From: Octopus bimaculoides
Taxonomy: Eukaryota
Assembly: GCF_001194135.2 (NCBI RefSeq)
Contig: NC_068994.1
Span: forward strand, 15,003,598 to 15,067,505
Reading direction: 5' to 3'
Length of the DNA: 63,908 bases
The notes below the pieces were generated by a model. It did not search any database. It was given only the letters and a program-made list of their open reading frames with translations, and was not told where the DNA came from. Below, one piece after another: positions 1 to 12,654 of this stretch. The first letter of the stretch is position 1. The number at the start of each line of letters is the position of its first letter. Made by a program: the position numbers and the translations under genes.

Positions 1-609
1 GTTAGGGAAAACGAACACACGTGTGTTGCCTCTCTGCAAAATGTCAGAAGTAATGGAGATTAAATACGCTTTACACTGCTTAAACTGCCAAAGGAGTAAG
101 TATAAACAGCTGAATACTTGTCAGTGATTGGTTGAAATTATCGAAATAAGACAATTTTTTACATGCAATAAATTTGAATACAAAAATTTTTTTCTGTTCT
201 ATAACACAAAATAGATAAGTATACGAAGTTTGAAAGTCTTTCGGTACCAAAAACACTACATAAAACATAAATGAAAACTGGTGCCCCCGTTTTGAACTAG
301 ATCCGTGATGTGCACTAGTGTGTGTGTGTGTGTGTATGCATTGATATGTTAATGTGTGTGTAAGTATATGTGCCTGTAAATGTATGAGCTTGTGTCTTAG
401 TGTATGTGCTTGTGCTCTAGTGTAAGTGTATGCACTTGTATGTGCTAGTGTGTATAAGTACATGTGCCAGTGTGAGTGTGCACTGATGTATACATGAGTT
501 TGGGTGAATATGTTTCTATTATTTGTGAGGAAATTTATTAAATGCATTTTAATTTCAGGAAAAAAAATAGGCCTGATATAATTCATAGTGCACAAAAGTA
601 TTGTGGACG

Positions 610-650
610 CCTCTGATGAGAACCCAACAAGGTTCGAAAATTGATTAAGA
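610..650 (+). ncRNA. Minimal type-I hammerhead ribozyme motif (Penelope-like class)
   Basis: cCT CTGATGA GAACC-caacaa-GGTTC GAAA A-ttga-T TA AGa. Core boxes are intact, stem II is a perfect 5 bp, stem III is 2 bp, the triplet is UUA, and stem I is only 2 bp. Confidence 0.7.
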
Positions 651-660
651 TTTTTTTATA

Positions 661-828
661 GGCGCAGGAGTGGCTGTGTGGTAAGTAACTTGTTTACCCA
701 CCACATGGTTCTGGGTTCAGTCCCACTGTGTGGCACCTTGGGCAAGTGTTTTCTACTATAGCCTCGGGCTGATCAAAGCCTTGTGAGTGGATTTGGTAAA
801 CAGAAACTGAAAGAAGCCTGTCATGTAT

Positions 829-886
<58 letters not shown>

Positions 887-1123
887 NNNNNNNNNNNNNN
901 NNNNNNNNNNNNNNNNNNNNNNNNNNNNNNNNNNNNNNNNNNNNNNNNNNNNNNNNNNNNNNNNNNNNNNNNNNNNNNNNNNNNNNNNNNNNNNNNNNNN
1001 NNNNNNNNNNNNNNNNNNNNNNNNNNNNNNNNNNNNNNNNNNNNNNNNNNNNNNNNNNNNNNNNNNNNNNNNNNNNNNNNNNNNNNNNNNNNNNNNNNNN
1101 NNNNNNNNNNNNNNNNNNNNNNN

Positions 1124-1159
<36 letters not shown>

Positions 1160-1352
1160 TGCGTTTGTCCCCCAACATCGCTTGACAACTAATGCTGGTG
1201 TGTTTACGTCCCCGTAACTTAGCGGTTCGGCGAAAGAGACCGATAGAATAAGTACTAGGCTTACAAAGAATAAGTCCTGGGGTCGATTTCTTCGACTAAA
1301 GGCGGTGCTCCAGCATGGCCAAAGTCAAATGACTGAAACAAGTAAAAGAGTA
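661..1352 (+). mobile_element. SINE family A (tRNA head, CORE-like ACCTTGGGCAAG, internal TA/TG microsatellite, GACTGAAACAAGTAAAAGAG tail)
   Basis: A box TGGCTGTGTGG, B box GGTTCAGTCCC; more than 15 homologous copies in the window; gap in the internal microsatellite. Resembles described octopus OR/OK-type SINEs (recall). Confidence 0.9.
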
Positions 1353-1417
1353 ATAACACATGGTGAACCCAAATAACACTAAGATAATAATAATGCTGCT
1401 GCTGATGATGATGATAG

Positions 1418-1575
1418 TTTCGAATTTTTGCACAAGGCCAGCAGGTTTGGGGGAGGGGCTAAGTCGATTATATCAACCCCAGTGTTCAACGGGTACTTAA
1501 TTTTATTGACCCCGAAAGGATGAACGACAAAGTCGACCCTGGCGGTATCTGAACTCAGAACGTAGCGACAGACGA
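1418..1575 (-). mobile_element. SINE family B (Meta-domain-like), 5' truncated
   Basis: Central motif TTCATCCTTTCGGGGTCAATAAAATTAAGTACC on the minus strand. Confidence 0.75.
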
Positions 1576-1579
1576 AGAA

Positions 1580-1591
1580 ATAATAATAATG

Positions 1592-1637
<46 letters not shown>

Positions 1638-1660
1638 AAATAATAATAATGACAATGAGT
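1580..1660 (+). repeat. (AAT)n microsatellite
   Basis: Direct reading. Confidence 0.95.
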
Positions 1661-2094
1661 TAATTATAAATAGAAAATACAGAATTTATTCTGCATTGTC
1701 AAAAAGTCACAAATTTACACTTGGGTGGATGCTGTCGGTTGAAATTAATTTTAGTTTTCAGACAGAAATACTAATATTCTGTATTGTAAGATAATTGTGA
1801 GATTGTGCTAGTGTCTATTATTTACTTATCTAAATTATCTCTTCTGAGGTTATAACTGGTACTTATTTTATCGACTCTGAGGATAAAAAGTCGACGACCT
1901 TGAAATCGGAAGGCAGAGTGTTAAAGGGACATAACTGAGTACGGCATGGTATTTTGGCCGACGTACTGTAGGTTCTGCTACCCATTGTCCTCTAATTATC
2001 AACATAATATATAGTAATCTCTCGTCTAGTTTTAAAATCATAAAAGTTCTGTGGTATATGGACCAAGGGAGATAATCAATACGTGACTAAGATT

Positions 2095-2810
2095 ACATGT
2101 AAGAAGATGGTGAGGTAAAGAAAAGAAAAAGGTGTAGGAGACGATAGAGAGAGAGAAAAAGAGAGAAAGACAGACAGAAGAGAGAGAGGGAGTGAAAGCG
2201 AGGACAGAGAGAGAGAGAGAAAGACAAAGTGACAAACCGAGAGAAAAGAGGAATAAATATGTTGCGATATAGACAGAAGTGAAGAGAGGAAAATTTATCA
2301 CAAGAAACGAGAAGAAAAATAACATGGAGACGTGGTGAGATAATAAATATATACAGAGAACAGAGTAATAAATAAATAAGTGATGGTGATAGAAAAAAAT
2401 GGAAAGAAAGAAACATATAAAACGGTGTGAAAAAAAGGATATGAAACATGAAAGAGAGAGAGAGAGAGAGAGAGATGTAAGAAATAGAGAGATCTGAGAC
2501 GAGAGGTGAAAAGACGGCTGTAAGGAGAGAAAGAGGAAGAAATACAGATTCAGACATAAAAGGAAGATTGTAAATGTAAGACAAGTGGAAGAGAAAGATG
2601 AAACAGAAGGAAAACGAGAAACATTAGATGGAGGTGGGGGGGAGGGGGAAGAAAAGTATTGATACAGAAGAAGTAGGAGAGAAGAAGGAAAAAAAGGATA
2701 GGAAGATAGGGGAAAAAAAGAAAAGAGAGAAATATAGAGAGGAGGAGGTATGAAGTATAAGGTAAAAGACATTAGAAGAACTAAACAGAGCTGAGAGGGG
2801 GGGGGGACTT
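2095..2810 (+). repeat. Degenerate purine-rich (AG/GA) low-complexity tract
   Basis: Strong A/G strand skew with (GA)n cores. Confidence 0.85.
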
Positions 2811-3990
2811 ATGTAACGAAAATGATAGCAAACAGTTTACAATATTTGCAAAACGTTCAAAACATATTTAGGCTTGATATACATACATACGTACATATAT
2901 GTATATGTGTGTATATCTATCTATCTATCTATATATATATATATATTCACACACACATACATGCATTTACGCATAAGCATGTGTACAATTACATAGAAAT
3001 ATGTATATGCATTTACATACATAAGCATATGTACAAGTACATACAAGTGTATATATATATATCACACACATATGCTTGTATATGATATTTATTTATTTAT
3101 TTATGTGTTTCAGCCAAGTGGCTGCGGTCATGCTGGTGCACCACCGTGATGCATATATATTCATATAAACATATAGACATCAATACATGTGTCTGTGTAT
3201 ATTACATACACAAATAAGCATACATATATATAATCTCATCATACATAAAGCTAGACACATGGATATGTATATAAAATGTATATACATGTACATACATATA
3301 TTATGCATGATGATATGTATACAATATATATACATAAGTCCCGGGGTCGATTTGCTCGACTAAAGGCGGTGCTCCAGCATGGCCGCAGTCAAATGACTGA
3401 AACAAGTAAAAGAGTAAATATATATATGTACACATATGTATATAAACACATACAGACATGTACATATAACTACATATATATACCCATACATACATGTACA
3501 TATAACTACATCATATACACATACATTCATATTCATGTACATATGTATATATGCATTATACTGCATTAAGCTGCTGCAACTGGTATGTATGCCATTGTAC
3601 TAAACAAGGAAACAGTCTATAAACAGCTTTGGTAGATTTGTCAATTTCATGTAGAGTGTCTCTGCTAATAACACACACAGAGCATACACTCACACACGTG
3701 TGACCGCAGCCACTTGGATGAAACACATAAATAAATAAAATACACATACATATACCTATATATATATATATATACAGAGAGAGAGAGAAATTTCTACCCT
3801 GGAAATGTATGTGATGCTTAACTGTATTTATCCATTTTTTTACTTTATATAATTTAACAAAATAAGTAGCAGGATTTCAAAGAAAAAGTACTGGGGTTGA
3901 TTTGTTCAACTAAAATGCAAGGTGGTACACCAGCTTGACTGCAGTCAAATGACAAACAAATATAGGATGAATGATACACACACACATATA

Positions 3991-4032
<42 letters not shown>

Positions 4033-4226
4033 TGATGATTGCTTCATCTGGACAGTTGATAGCCATCCCATCAACACACCCATCATACTCCATCCTACAG
4101 CAGAATCCCTCCATTGGTGAGCCCTTCCAATGACTTTTAAGACCAGCAGCTGACTGACAAGGTTTAAAACAAGTGACACAGATAGATGGACAGCGAGAGA
4201 TAAACAGACATGGATGGATGGATGGA

Positions 4227-4604
4227 TGGGATGAAATACTGAAGGACAACCTCAGGACACTGAACCTTGTGGAGGTGATGACAAAGAACCGAGATATCTG
4301 GCACCTTGCTGTACTCAAGGAGACCCGTCCTCCACAGTGAAAGTGTTAATGCTACTCCTGCTGATAAACAGGATCAAACTGCAAGAACCCTGTGCTGGTG
4401 CCATGTAAAAAGCACTCAAGCCAGTGCCATATTGAAAGCACCCAGCATACAACATAAAGTGGTTGGTTTCAGGAACGGTATCCAGCCATAGAAACCAAGC
4501 CAAATTAGACTGGAACCTGGTGCAGCCCACCTGCTTGCTGGCTCTGGTTAAACCATCCAACCTATACCAGCTTGTAAAATGGATGTTAAAGGGGGATGAT
4601 GATG
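4227..4604 (+). mobile_element. RTE-clade LINE 3' fragment
   Basis: Encodes WDEILKDNLRTLNLVEVMTKNRDIWHLAVLKETRPPQ*, typical of the RTE ORF C-terminus (W...V..DL......A.DR..WR). The 3' UTR ends in (GAT)n. Confidence 0.72.
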
Positions 4605-6159
4605 TGATATATATATATCCAGGGAAATGTATCAATTATGAGATTGATACATCTACCACAGAATATAAACATAAACAAGCAAAGGTATGAAGATGAAGAT
4701 ATCACATTTATTAATTAGTGACAATCATTCAATAATTTGTGGAATCATTATATCAATTAACATGCTGGGTTATATAAATAAAAGAGTTTACATAAATCCA
4801 CACAGTGAAAAGTTCCACCAATCATCTTCTTCAGACCAAACATAAAGTGTACATAAATGAATTTGGAATGGAAAAGGGAGGGGCTTTGAAGTAATAAATT
4901 AAACAAGTTGTCACACTATCAGAGAGATACCAGAGCAGATGGGCTATGAAGACTTATTTTTCATTTGCATTAGATCCATTGTAAGCCACCAGGGCAACTA
5001 ACACTGACAGGTTCAGGGAACTAAAATATTTATTGTATGAATATCTATCATAATGGAAATGTTCAAAGAGGTGACAGTTTATTACTATATTCTTAGAAGT
5101 GCCATTAATATAAGAAAGAGAAATATAATGAGAAAATCAAGAAAAGACTTGACGAGAGAAAGACAAAGTAACTAGAATTAAGATGCAGACTACATCTAAT
5201 AAAACAAGACCGTCATGAGAATTAGGGCTAGATAATATTAGAGCATTTACAGTTGAAATTAAATAAATTCATTAGATAAGAAATATATGAATAGTTACAT
5301 AAGAAATAATTTAAGCAGGAAATATTAAGATGTAGAGGACATTTTATTCAGAATCACATGTGATGAAGCTGGAGTAACACAAAGTATAAGAATACTGTCT
5401 TTAATTCTATTTAAATCAAGTAAGTTAGCTAAACGAAATTAAGAATGTTTTATTGAATTGGCAGAAACAATGGATCGATAATTCATTACTCTCATTAATT
5501 AGACTAGATTACACCTGAGAATTTCTAGTACTTCCATAGGACATGAATAACCACTACCTACGCAAGTGTGGTATATGTAACTGACCACAAAATTGAGTGA
5601 TCAATATTTTTCTCTTTGTGATTCCAGATAAATTTAGCTAGTGGAGTGCTAGGCATTTTCTTTTTATTATTACGGTACCTGTTCCTTTCCGCCTATCATG
5701 CCTCTCAACAAATGGCTCCTTCTCCATTACACTTGCACAAAATCAAAAGGAACATTTACTTTGTGATCACACCAGTGCTGGTACCAAATAAAAGCACCTG
5801 GAAGACTCTGTAAAGTAACTGGTATGAAGAAGAGCAACCAGCTGTAGAAACCATGCCGAAGCAAACACTGGGGCCCAGCACAGTCATGTTTCCTATTATC
5901 ACACAACCAAATTGAAGAACTGGAGGAAATATCATGGCAAACTGTTTTAAACTTAAGGAACAAGTAACTGCAATCAACCACCAATATTGAGAAGTTCATA
6001 TATCATTTATCTATTATTTTATTAGTTCCTTAATAATTTTCCTTAGATCAACTGACTTAAATTGTCTTGCAGGTAGTGCAAAATTTTGTTAAACTGAATT
6101 TTTGTTGTGATATATATTAAAATAGAAATAGAAGCTATTATTAATTATGGGTCAAATTA

Positions 6160-6378
6160 AGGCAACGAGCTGACAGAATTGTTACTGAAACAAAAAAATG
6201 CAGCATTTCTTTCAACTTTACATTCTGAGTTGAAATGTTGCCAAGGTTAACTTTGCCTTTCATCTTTTCGAGGTTGATAGAATAAGTACCAGATGAACAC
6301 TGGGGTTGATGAAATCGACTGGCCCCCACCCTTCTCTGAAATTGCTGGCCCTGTGCCAAAATTTAAAATTGATAATTA
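6160..6378 (+). mobile_element. SINE family B
   Basis: GCCTTTCATCTTTTCGAGGTTGATAGAATAAGTACCAG motif and GCCAAAATTT tail. Confidence 0.78.
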
Positions 6379-6391
6379 AAGGTCACATACA

Positions 6392-6612
6392 AATATTGGT
6401 TTCAAATTTTGGCATAAAGTCAGGAAGTTCAGGAGAGGTATTAAGTCGATTACATAAACCCCAGTGATCAATTGATACTTACATTATCGACCCCTGAAAG
6501 GATGACAGGTAAAGTTGACCTTGGCAGCATTTGAACTCAGAACACAAAGACGGATGAAATATCACTAAGCATTTCGCCCGGTGTGCTAATGATTCTGCCA
6601 GTTCACCATCTT
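6392..6612 (-). mobile_element. SINE family B
   Basis: Reverse complement of the same family, tail-to-tail with the preceding copy. Confidence 0.8.
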
Positions 6613-6962
6613 GTCAAATTCAAATATTAATTTGAATTTTCATATATTATGTCATCAGATAAATTCATCCCCACCCCTTATTTTAATCCTTTCCAATGCT
6701 ATTCGAATTAACATGAAAAATATTTTTATCATAATGTTTTACATTTTTTTTTTTTATTGTTCTAGTCTTCCTCTACAACTTTTGATAACTGCTTTTGAAA
6801 TTTGAATAAATCTCACTTCTTTTCAGATATATGATGATGGCGTGCCAAGAAAACAAAATCAAACAAATTTATCTGATAACCCCAAAGTTTAAGGCACTTA
6901 ATAAATACACCACACAAAAAAATAAACAGATAAGGATATAGAAATAATCTGAGAAAAGTATT

Positions 6963-7366
6963 ACTCTCTTTTACTTGTTTCAGTTATTTGAGTGCGGCCA
7001 TGCTGGAGCACCGCCTTTAGTCGAGCAAATCGACTTCAGGACTTATTCTTTGTAAGCCTAGTACTTATTCTATCGGTCTCTTTTGCCAAACCGCTAAGCT
7101 ACGGGGACGTAAACACACCAGCATCGGTTGTCAAGCGATGTTGGGGAGACAAACACAGACATGCAAACATACACACACACACATATATATATATAAATAT
7201 ATACGACGGGCTTCTTTCAGTTTCCATCAACCAAATCCACTCACAAGGCTTTGGTTGGCCTGAAGCTATAGTAGAAGACACTTGCCCAAGGTGCCACGCA
7301 GTGGGACTGAACCTGGAACCATGTGGTTGATAAGCAAGCCACTTACCACACAGTCACTCCTACGCC
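6963..7366 (-). mobile_element. SINE family A, full length
   Basis: Reverse complement of the family A consensus from head to tail. Confidence 0.9.
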
Positions 7367-7789
7367 TATTAAGAAATATTTTAAAAAATTTGGAAAGAAA
7401 ATAAATTTTATATTGCCTGTATCATGATTATTTTACAGCCATCTTTACAATCTTGAAATTGTAACACAAGCATTACTAGCAGGAACATGAGGAACTTCCA
7501 TAACTTTATTTTCATATGGAAAGTTTCTATTGCAAGGAGCAAAACATGGCTGTTGAGGAAAATGGAGAGTACTATAAAAATGTGTGAGGACAGTATCTGT
7601 ACTAGAAAGATATACTTTTATGACACCGCATACTCTTTGCAGTGAAAGCTTTTAATACGAATATAATGATATGAAAACTCATGCTGTTATTTCTATGATT
7701 ATGTTATAGGAAATGGTGGTGAACAGGTCTGCAATATTGTATAAATTCCTGATAGAAAACAAGAACCAACAAAAAAAAAACATTATCTC

Positions 7790-10345
7790 CTACTGACATA
7801 AACTTCATTCCTACTACTTCTCTATTCCTCAGAATTTATGTCTTCTCCAAGTTGCACTATATTCTAAATTTATTCCTAAAGGTGGTATCTGTGTGTACAT
7901 AAAATCAACTTTCCCCATAACTAATATCTATCACCTGGACTTTAGTTACAAAAACTATCAGTAAGGTCTCTTTTCAGCACACTTCTAAAAGTCTACATTC
8001 ATCTGCTATCTCTAATCTTTACCAAATTCTTCCAATTACCAGTAAGTGTTCAAGAATTTTTCATCATGAATTGAAGATAACTACTTCTGCTGCCGAAGAC
8101 ATAATCTTTGGAGACTTAAATGCACACAAGATCACTTGACTCTCACATTGTTCCTATACCAACACCTCTGGTATGGAGGCCAAGCATTTATCATACTGAA
8201 CTATATGCACCACTTAAACTCCTTACCTATCTTTTGATCTCTTTCTCAATCATTGCTTTGTCATTTGATCATCACATAATCAAAGCAACTTATTTAATAT
8301 AACCTTACCACACAACAGCACCAGCTGCTCACATTCAACTCTCTAGTAGTTGGACAGCTAACTGGTTAAGCTGAATACTATTGACAACAAATGTTCTTTA
8401 TCTCTAATCCACCCAAGAACATTCAGCCAGTAACCAATACCACCTTTCTTTACATATCCCTACAAGATATAACAAAATTCATAAGCAGTTTACCTATAGT
8501 TGTACTTTAGGTGTTGTTGTTTGCTCTCTGTTGCTTATGACGTCGAGGGTTCCAGTTGATCCAATCAACGGAGCTTTAGGTGTTTTCGCTCAATAAACAC
8601 TCACAACGCCCGGTCTGGGAATCGAAACTGCGATCCCATGACTGCGAGTCCGCTGCCCTAACCACTGGGCCATTGTGCCTCCACTACTTTATGTGTAACA
8701 AACAAAAAAAAAGAAAAAACTGCCTAAAACAATTGAAGGAAGTCACTAAATGTTACCAACTGGGAGGACTTCACCCACCAACACACCATCTGCAAAATGA
8801 ATATCTAGAAAACAAAAGATGATTTCATGCATAGCACATCTGACAAGTTCTCTTGTCTCTCAAACTGCAGTTGGGCTTTCTGGTAACTTGCCGGAAGGAT
8901 TTCTGATAACTTTTTTTTTTTTAATTATCCTACCCGCTGTGTCCCACCCAGTAGTATACTCGCAGATAAAACATATGGTGCTCATTTTGGCTTCTTGCTA
9001 CATGCTCTTTCGCATACATACACAAATGCCCTTCAGAACTCATCTTTTCAGTCTCAGTTACCGAGTTCAAAATTTTCTTCAATCATTTTAACCAAACTTG
9101 ATGGTCTTCCTTCCATTACACTAAAACAATACATTCTGGAGCTGACTTCTGTCTTCACCAAACTAAACTTATTTCTCTCCATGGGATAACTCAATCTGCA
9201 GAAAGTAGCAATTATATGTCCCTCACATCACTATAAGTTGTCTTAGTAAGATATCAATTTTGTCTTTCCTTGACATTTTGTCCTTCCACGACAGGACAGT
9301 CATGGCTGAAATGCTTTTAATCACAAATCATAAATCTGCTCAATCACAGGTTATCTAGGCTTATGCAACACCACCAGATGACTGTACATTCCACTCTCAA
9401 GTAATCCAACATCTCTAAACCTCCTTTATTAAGACAGGAGCTCTCTGCCAACTACCAACTTACTGCTCTCGCTTTCAAAAATATCAAAGATGAAAGGGTT
9501 AATTACAAACAACCACTAACTTTACTGCAGTCAGTTTTTTGTCCTCATTAATTGCTACTATGATTCCAATAGAGCCAGATCTACTGGAAATCTTATCTGC
9601 TCTGCTTCACCAAACACCAAAAGTCTTTACATCTTGTAAACTGGTTGAAGCAACAATTGTTGCAAAGCCTTTTAGCATGTATTGCATGAGAGCCTCCTAG
9701 CAAAGCTGCTTGCTTATGGACACTAACTAGCTGTCATCTTTTAAATTAGAAGTTTTCCATGTGTAGAACAGGCTTACTCATAAGAATGCACAACTATGCA
9801 AATCAACACCTCTTTACTCTTTCTTCTGCACATAAGTTCTATTCAGATACAACAAACACATTTTATGCTAGATTTGCTTGATTCCATAAACAGACACCTT
9901 TGAAACTTAATTCACTAAGAACATGACAATCTAGTTTTCTTCCATGCAATTAAGACAATTTGCACTACACCACAACTTGTATAGGAACCACATAAGGATA
10001 AATCCCTTAAAGTTACAAAAATGGTATGCCAATGATGACCTTTCCAGCTGACAATGACAAAACAATCTCTAATATTAGATATCCTCTTCAGGAAGTCTCT
10101 CCAAAACTTGATTACAACTCAAATTACAGTACGACATATCTACAAGAGATGGTATTGTTGTTCTTCACACACCAGCATCCTAGACTGCATTTCACAACAC
10201 AGTGCAACCACTTGCTTACATGCATGTTTTTGCTACCATTATCAGCTTACCTGATTCTTCCCTCCCGCCTCCTGTCATTCTTACTTTGTATTATGCACAA
10301 AAGTTTTACCTTTAACATGATGTTCAATGCTGCCTTCTGATAACT
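7790..10345 (+). mobile_element. Highly decayed CR1-group LINE (APE endonuclease and RT remnants)
   Basis: Remnant motifs KGGICVYIK, IFGDLNAH (about 8105-8127) and LDGLPSITLKQYILELTSVFTKL (cf. GPDGIP..VLK.CA.EL...L.KL). Many stops and frameshifts. Confidence 0.7.
8515..8684 (-). mobile_element. SINE family C, internally deleted
   Basis: Head and tail are joined at GGA. Flanking TSD TACTTTA(G/T)GTGT. Confidence 0.85.
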
Positions 10346-10430
10346 ACTGCCACTAAAACCCCATCTCTAACACTAAAATCTAGTTCGTATTGATTAACTG
10401 GCCAATGCATGAGAAACCAATACATAAATA

Positions 10431-11014
10431 CAGTTACGCCTCAATATAGGAGTTAATTTGTTCCTGGAAACCGCTCATAAAGCAAAAGCTTAAAACTGAG
10501 CAATAATTTCCCACAGTAGCAATGCTATAAGTTGTAATTCATTCCCAGAAAAATATTCTACCTATAAAATTTATAATACTCATAAATAAATGGCAATAAA
10601 ACAATAGAATGTAAAGAATATTTTATGTAAAGTAAAAAGAATGTCAAAATCATTTATAATAAAAATATTATTATTATTATTATTATTATTATCGTTTTCT
10701 GAATCAATTTCACTCACACTAGACTCACGCACATCATCACTTGTAGACGCGATTCCTGATTCACAAGCACTCATAGACGAACTTGTAGATTTCTTTTTAA
10801 AAAACAAGTCTAGAACTGTTTGCTTAGGAGAAGCTTTTTTTTTTCTCGCTCTCTATAAATTTCTTGGTAACATGCAGAAGCATTTGTTATGGTTGTAGAA
10901 ACTTTTGCACTCCATTCAAAATTAGGATCTTGTGCTTGAAAAATTTATCATAAAATAAAACTCGTAAACCCCAGGGTCTCGTAAAGTGGGTCCTCATAAA
11001 GTGAGGTATGACTG
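10431..11014. mobile_element. Tigger/pogo-type MITE
   Basis: TA|CAGTTACGCCTC ... GAGGTATGACTG|TA terminal inverted repeats with TA duplication. Confidence 0.8.
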
Positions 11015-11083
11015 TAATTAGTTGGTGGATTCTAGGAAGAGTAATGGTTGGAATAGTTAAATCTAGTAGTAGTAGTAGTAGTA

Positions 11084-11285
11084 TGAGGCAGTGCTAAAAT
11101 GTTCCTGGCTTTAAAGGTATTGTGAAAGGCCTGGTTGGAGGCCCAACCTTCCGAGTTCTTTTACAAGGCTTAGAAAAAACTGAAGGACCACTGCAATAAG
11201 TGTGTGAACCTGAATAAAATGATAATTAACTGATCCTCCTGTATTTTCTTTCACCCAAAGCCAGGAACTTTTCAGCATCCCCTCA
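11084..11285. mobile_element. Mariner-type MITE
   Basis: TA|TGAGGCAGTGCTAAAATGTTCCTGGCTTT ... AAAGCCAGGAACTTTTCAGCATCCCCTCA|TA. Confidence 0.85.
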
Positions 11286-12654
11286 TAGTAGCAGCAGCAG
11301 CAGAGGGTAATGGTGGTAATAGTAATAGTAGTAGAAGCAGTAGCAACGAGAGTAGTAAGTCAAAATGAAGAAGGTAAATGCAGCTTCTCAGATGTAATAC
11401 ATTTTAGAAATTATTACATTAAAACAAAAACTTTTTTTTTCATATTATACGCAGCATTTAGTTCATTTTCCTCTATGGTCAGCTAATAAATTGAAAATAC
11501 TTCAGTGACTGGTTGTTTTCACTAAATCTTGACCTACAGCATTCCAATTTTGATTAAACGGTTTATTGTCTAAATGTTTTGATAAAATATTTCAAGTTCA
11601 GGTGATATTTCTATGACTTGTCAGATTGATTGTTAGAAAAAAAAAAAAGAACTTTATAAATAACCTTTGCTTTGTTCAAAATTCTACTTGTTTGTTTGGC
11701 AAACAGCAGGCATATTTGTAAAAAATTTTCTTCACAGCCTTCTTATTCAATCATTTCGGTTGGAAATATCCATGAAGAAGAAATCAAGTACTTGAGTTTG
11801 GCACAAGAGTAGTAACAAAACATTTAACAACATGACACACTATTCTAAGTCATTCACCTAATAATTTTTTTCTCCTAAGGCAGTAGCAAAATCTCATATA
11901 ATATCAAAAGTGTTAAGCACAAATGTTTGGGGGAAATTTCTGCCATCACACTGTAATGGGCTTGTTCAAAATGTCTAGCTCCTAAATGAGTTGCATTTAC
12001 CACAGCCTATGCGTGTTAAGGGTACTTCCGATTAGAAGGTGTTGAAATGTTCTTATCTTTCTGGACAAACTGATAACGATTTTGATAAGCAGTAATATGT
12101 CAATGCTAGCACAAAGCAATCCACACCAACATGGAAAAGAGACACTAAACAGGGGATAAGAGAAATATGAAGGAGAGAGAAAGAGAGAAAAATAATTTTG
12201 AGACAAAAGTTGCAATTGAAAACTACAAAAACTATATCTTCAAATAATTCAATATTTTTCAGTAATCTTTCTTTTTTTTGTCATACTGATGCCAAATAGC
12301 TTGTTTGGCCTATACTTCAGACTCGAATAAACATTGTACTTGATCTCATTAAAATAGTAACTTTTTCCGTTTAAAACAAATTAGACACACATATGCATGT
12401 ATAAACACAATATTTCAATTTCTGACATATATTAAATTATTTGCATGCAGTTAATTAGATATTTTTATATCAACAAATGTTAAGTTCAATTATAAAATTT
12501 GTTCTCAAAGAGAAATGTTATATGAGTTTTATAAATTCAACATATTACACAAAAGATCAATGGACCAACAAACATTACATTCAATACTGCAATAATCTTC
12601 TATATAACAAGCCAAGTGATGGTTATGGTTCATTGGGTTCTGTCTTCCTGCCAT

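Noticed and set aside
2038-2772. 244-aa S/L/F-rich minus-strand ORF (and similar at 12809-13399)
   Set aside because: Translation of polypyrimidine low-complexity sequence.
4970-5020. Possible next or terminal exon FPEPVSVSCPGGLQWI* on the minus strand
   Set aside because: It does not resemble the expected continuation of KDM3/JMJD1C and would truncate the protein; no supporting evidence.
6611-6670. CTGATGA...GAAA with an AT hairpin on the minus strand
   Set aside because: Stem I does not pair and stem II is a weak AT-only helix; consistent with chance in AT-rich DNA.
11998-12146. Strong polypyrimidine acceptor and GTAAAT donor on the minus strand as a candidate next exon
   Set aside because: The required phase-0 frame hits a stop after 12 codons; the pyrimidine tract is part of a low-complexity region.
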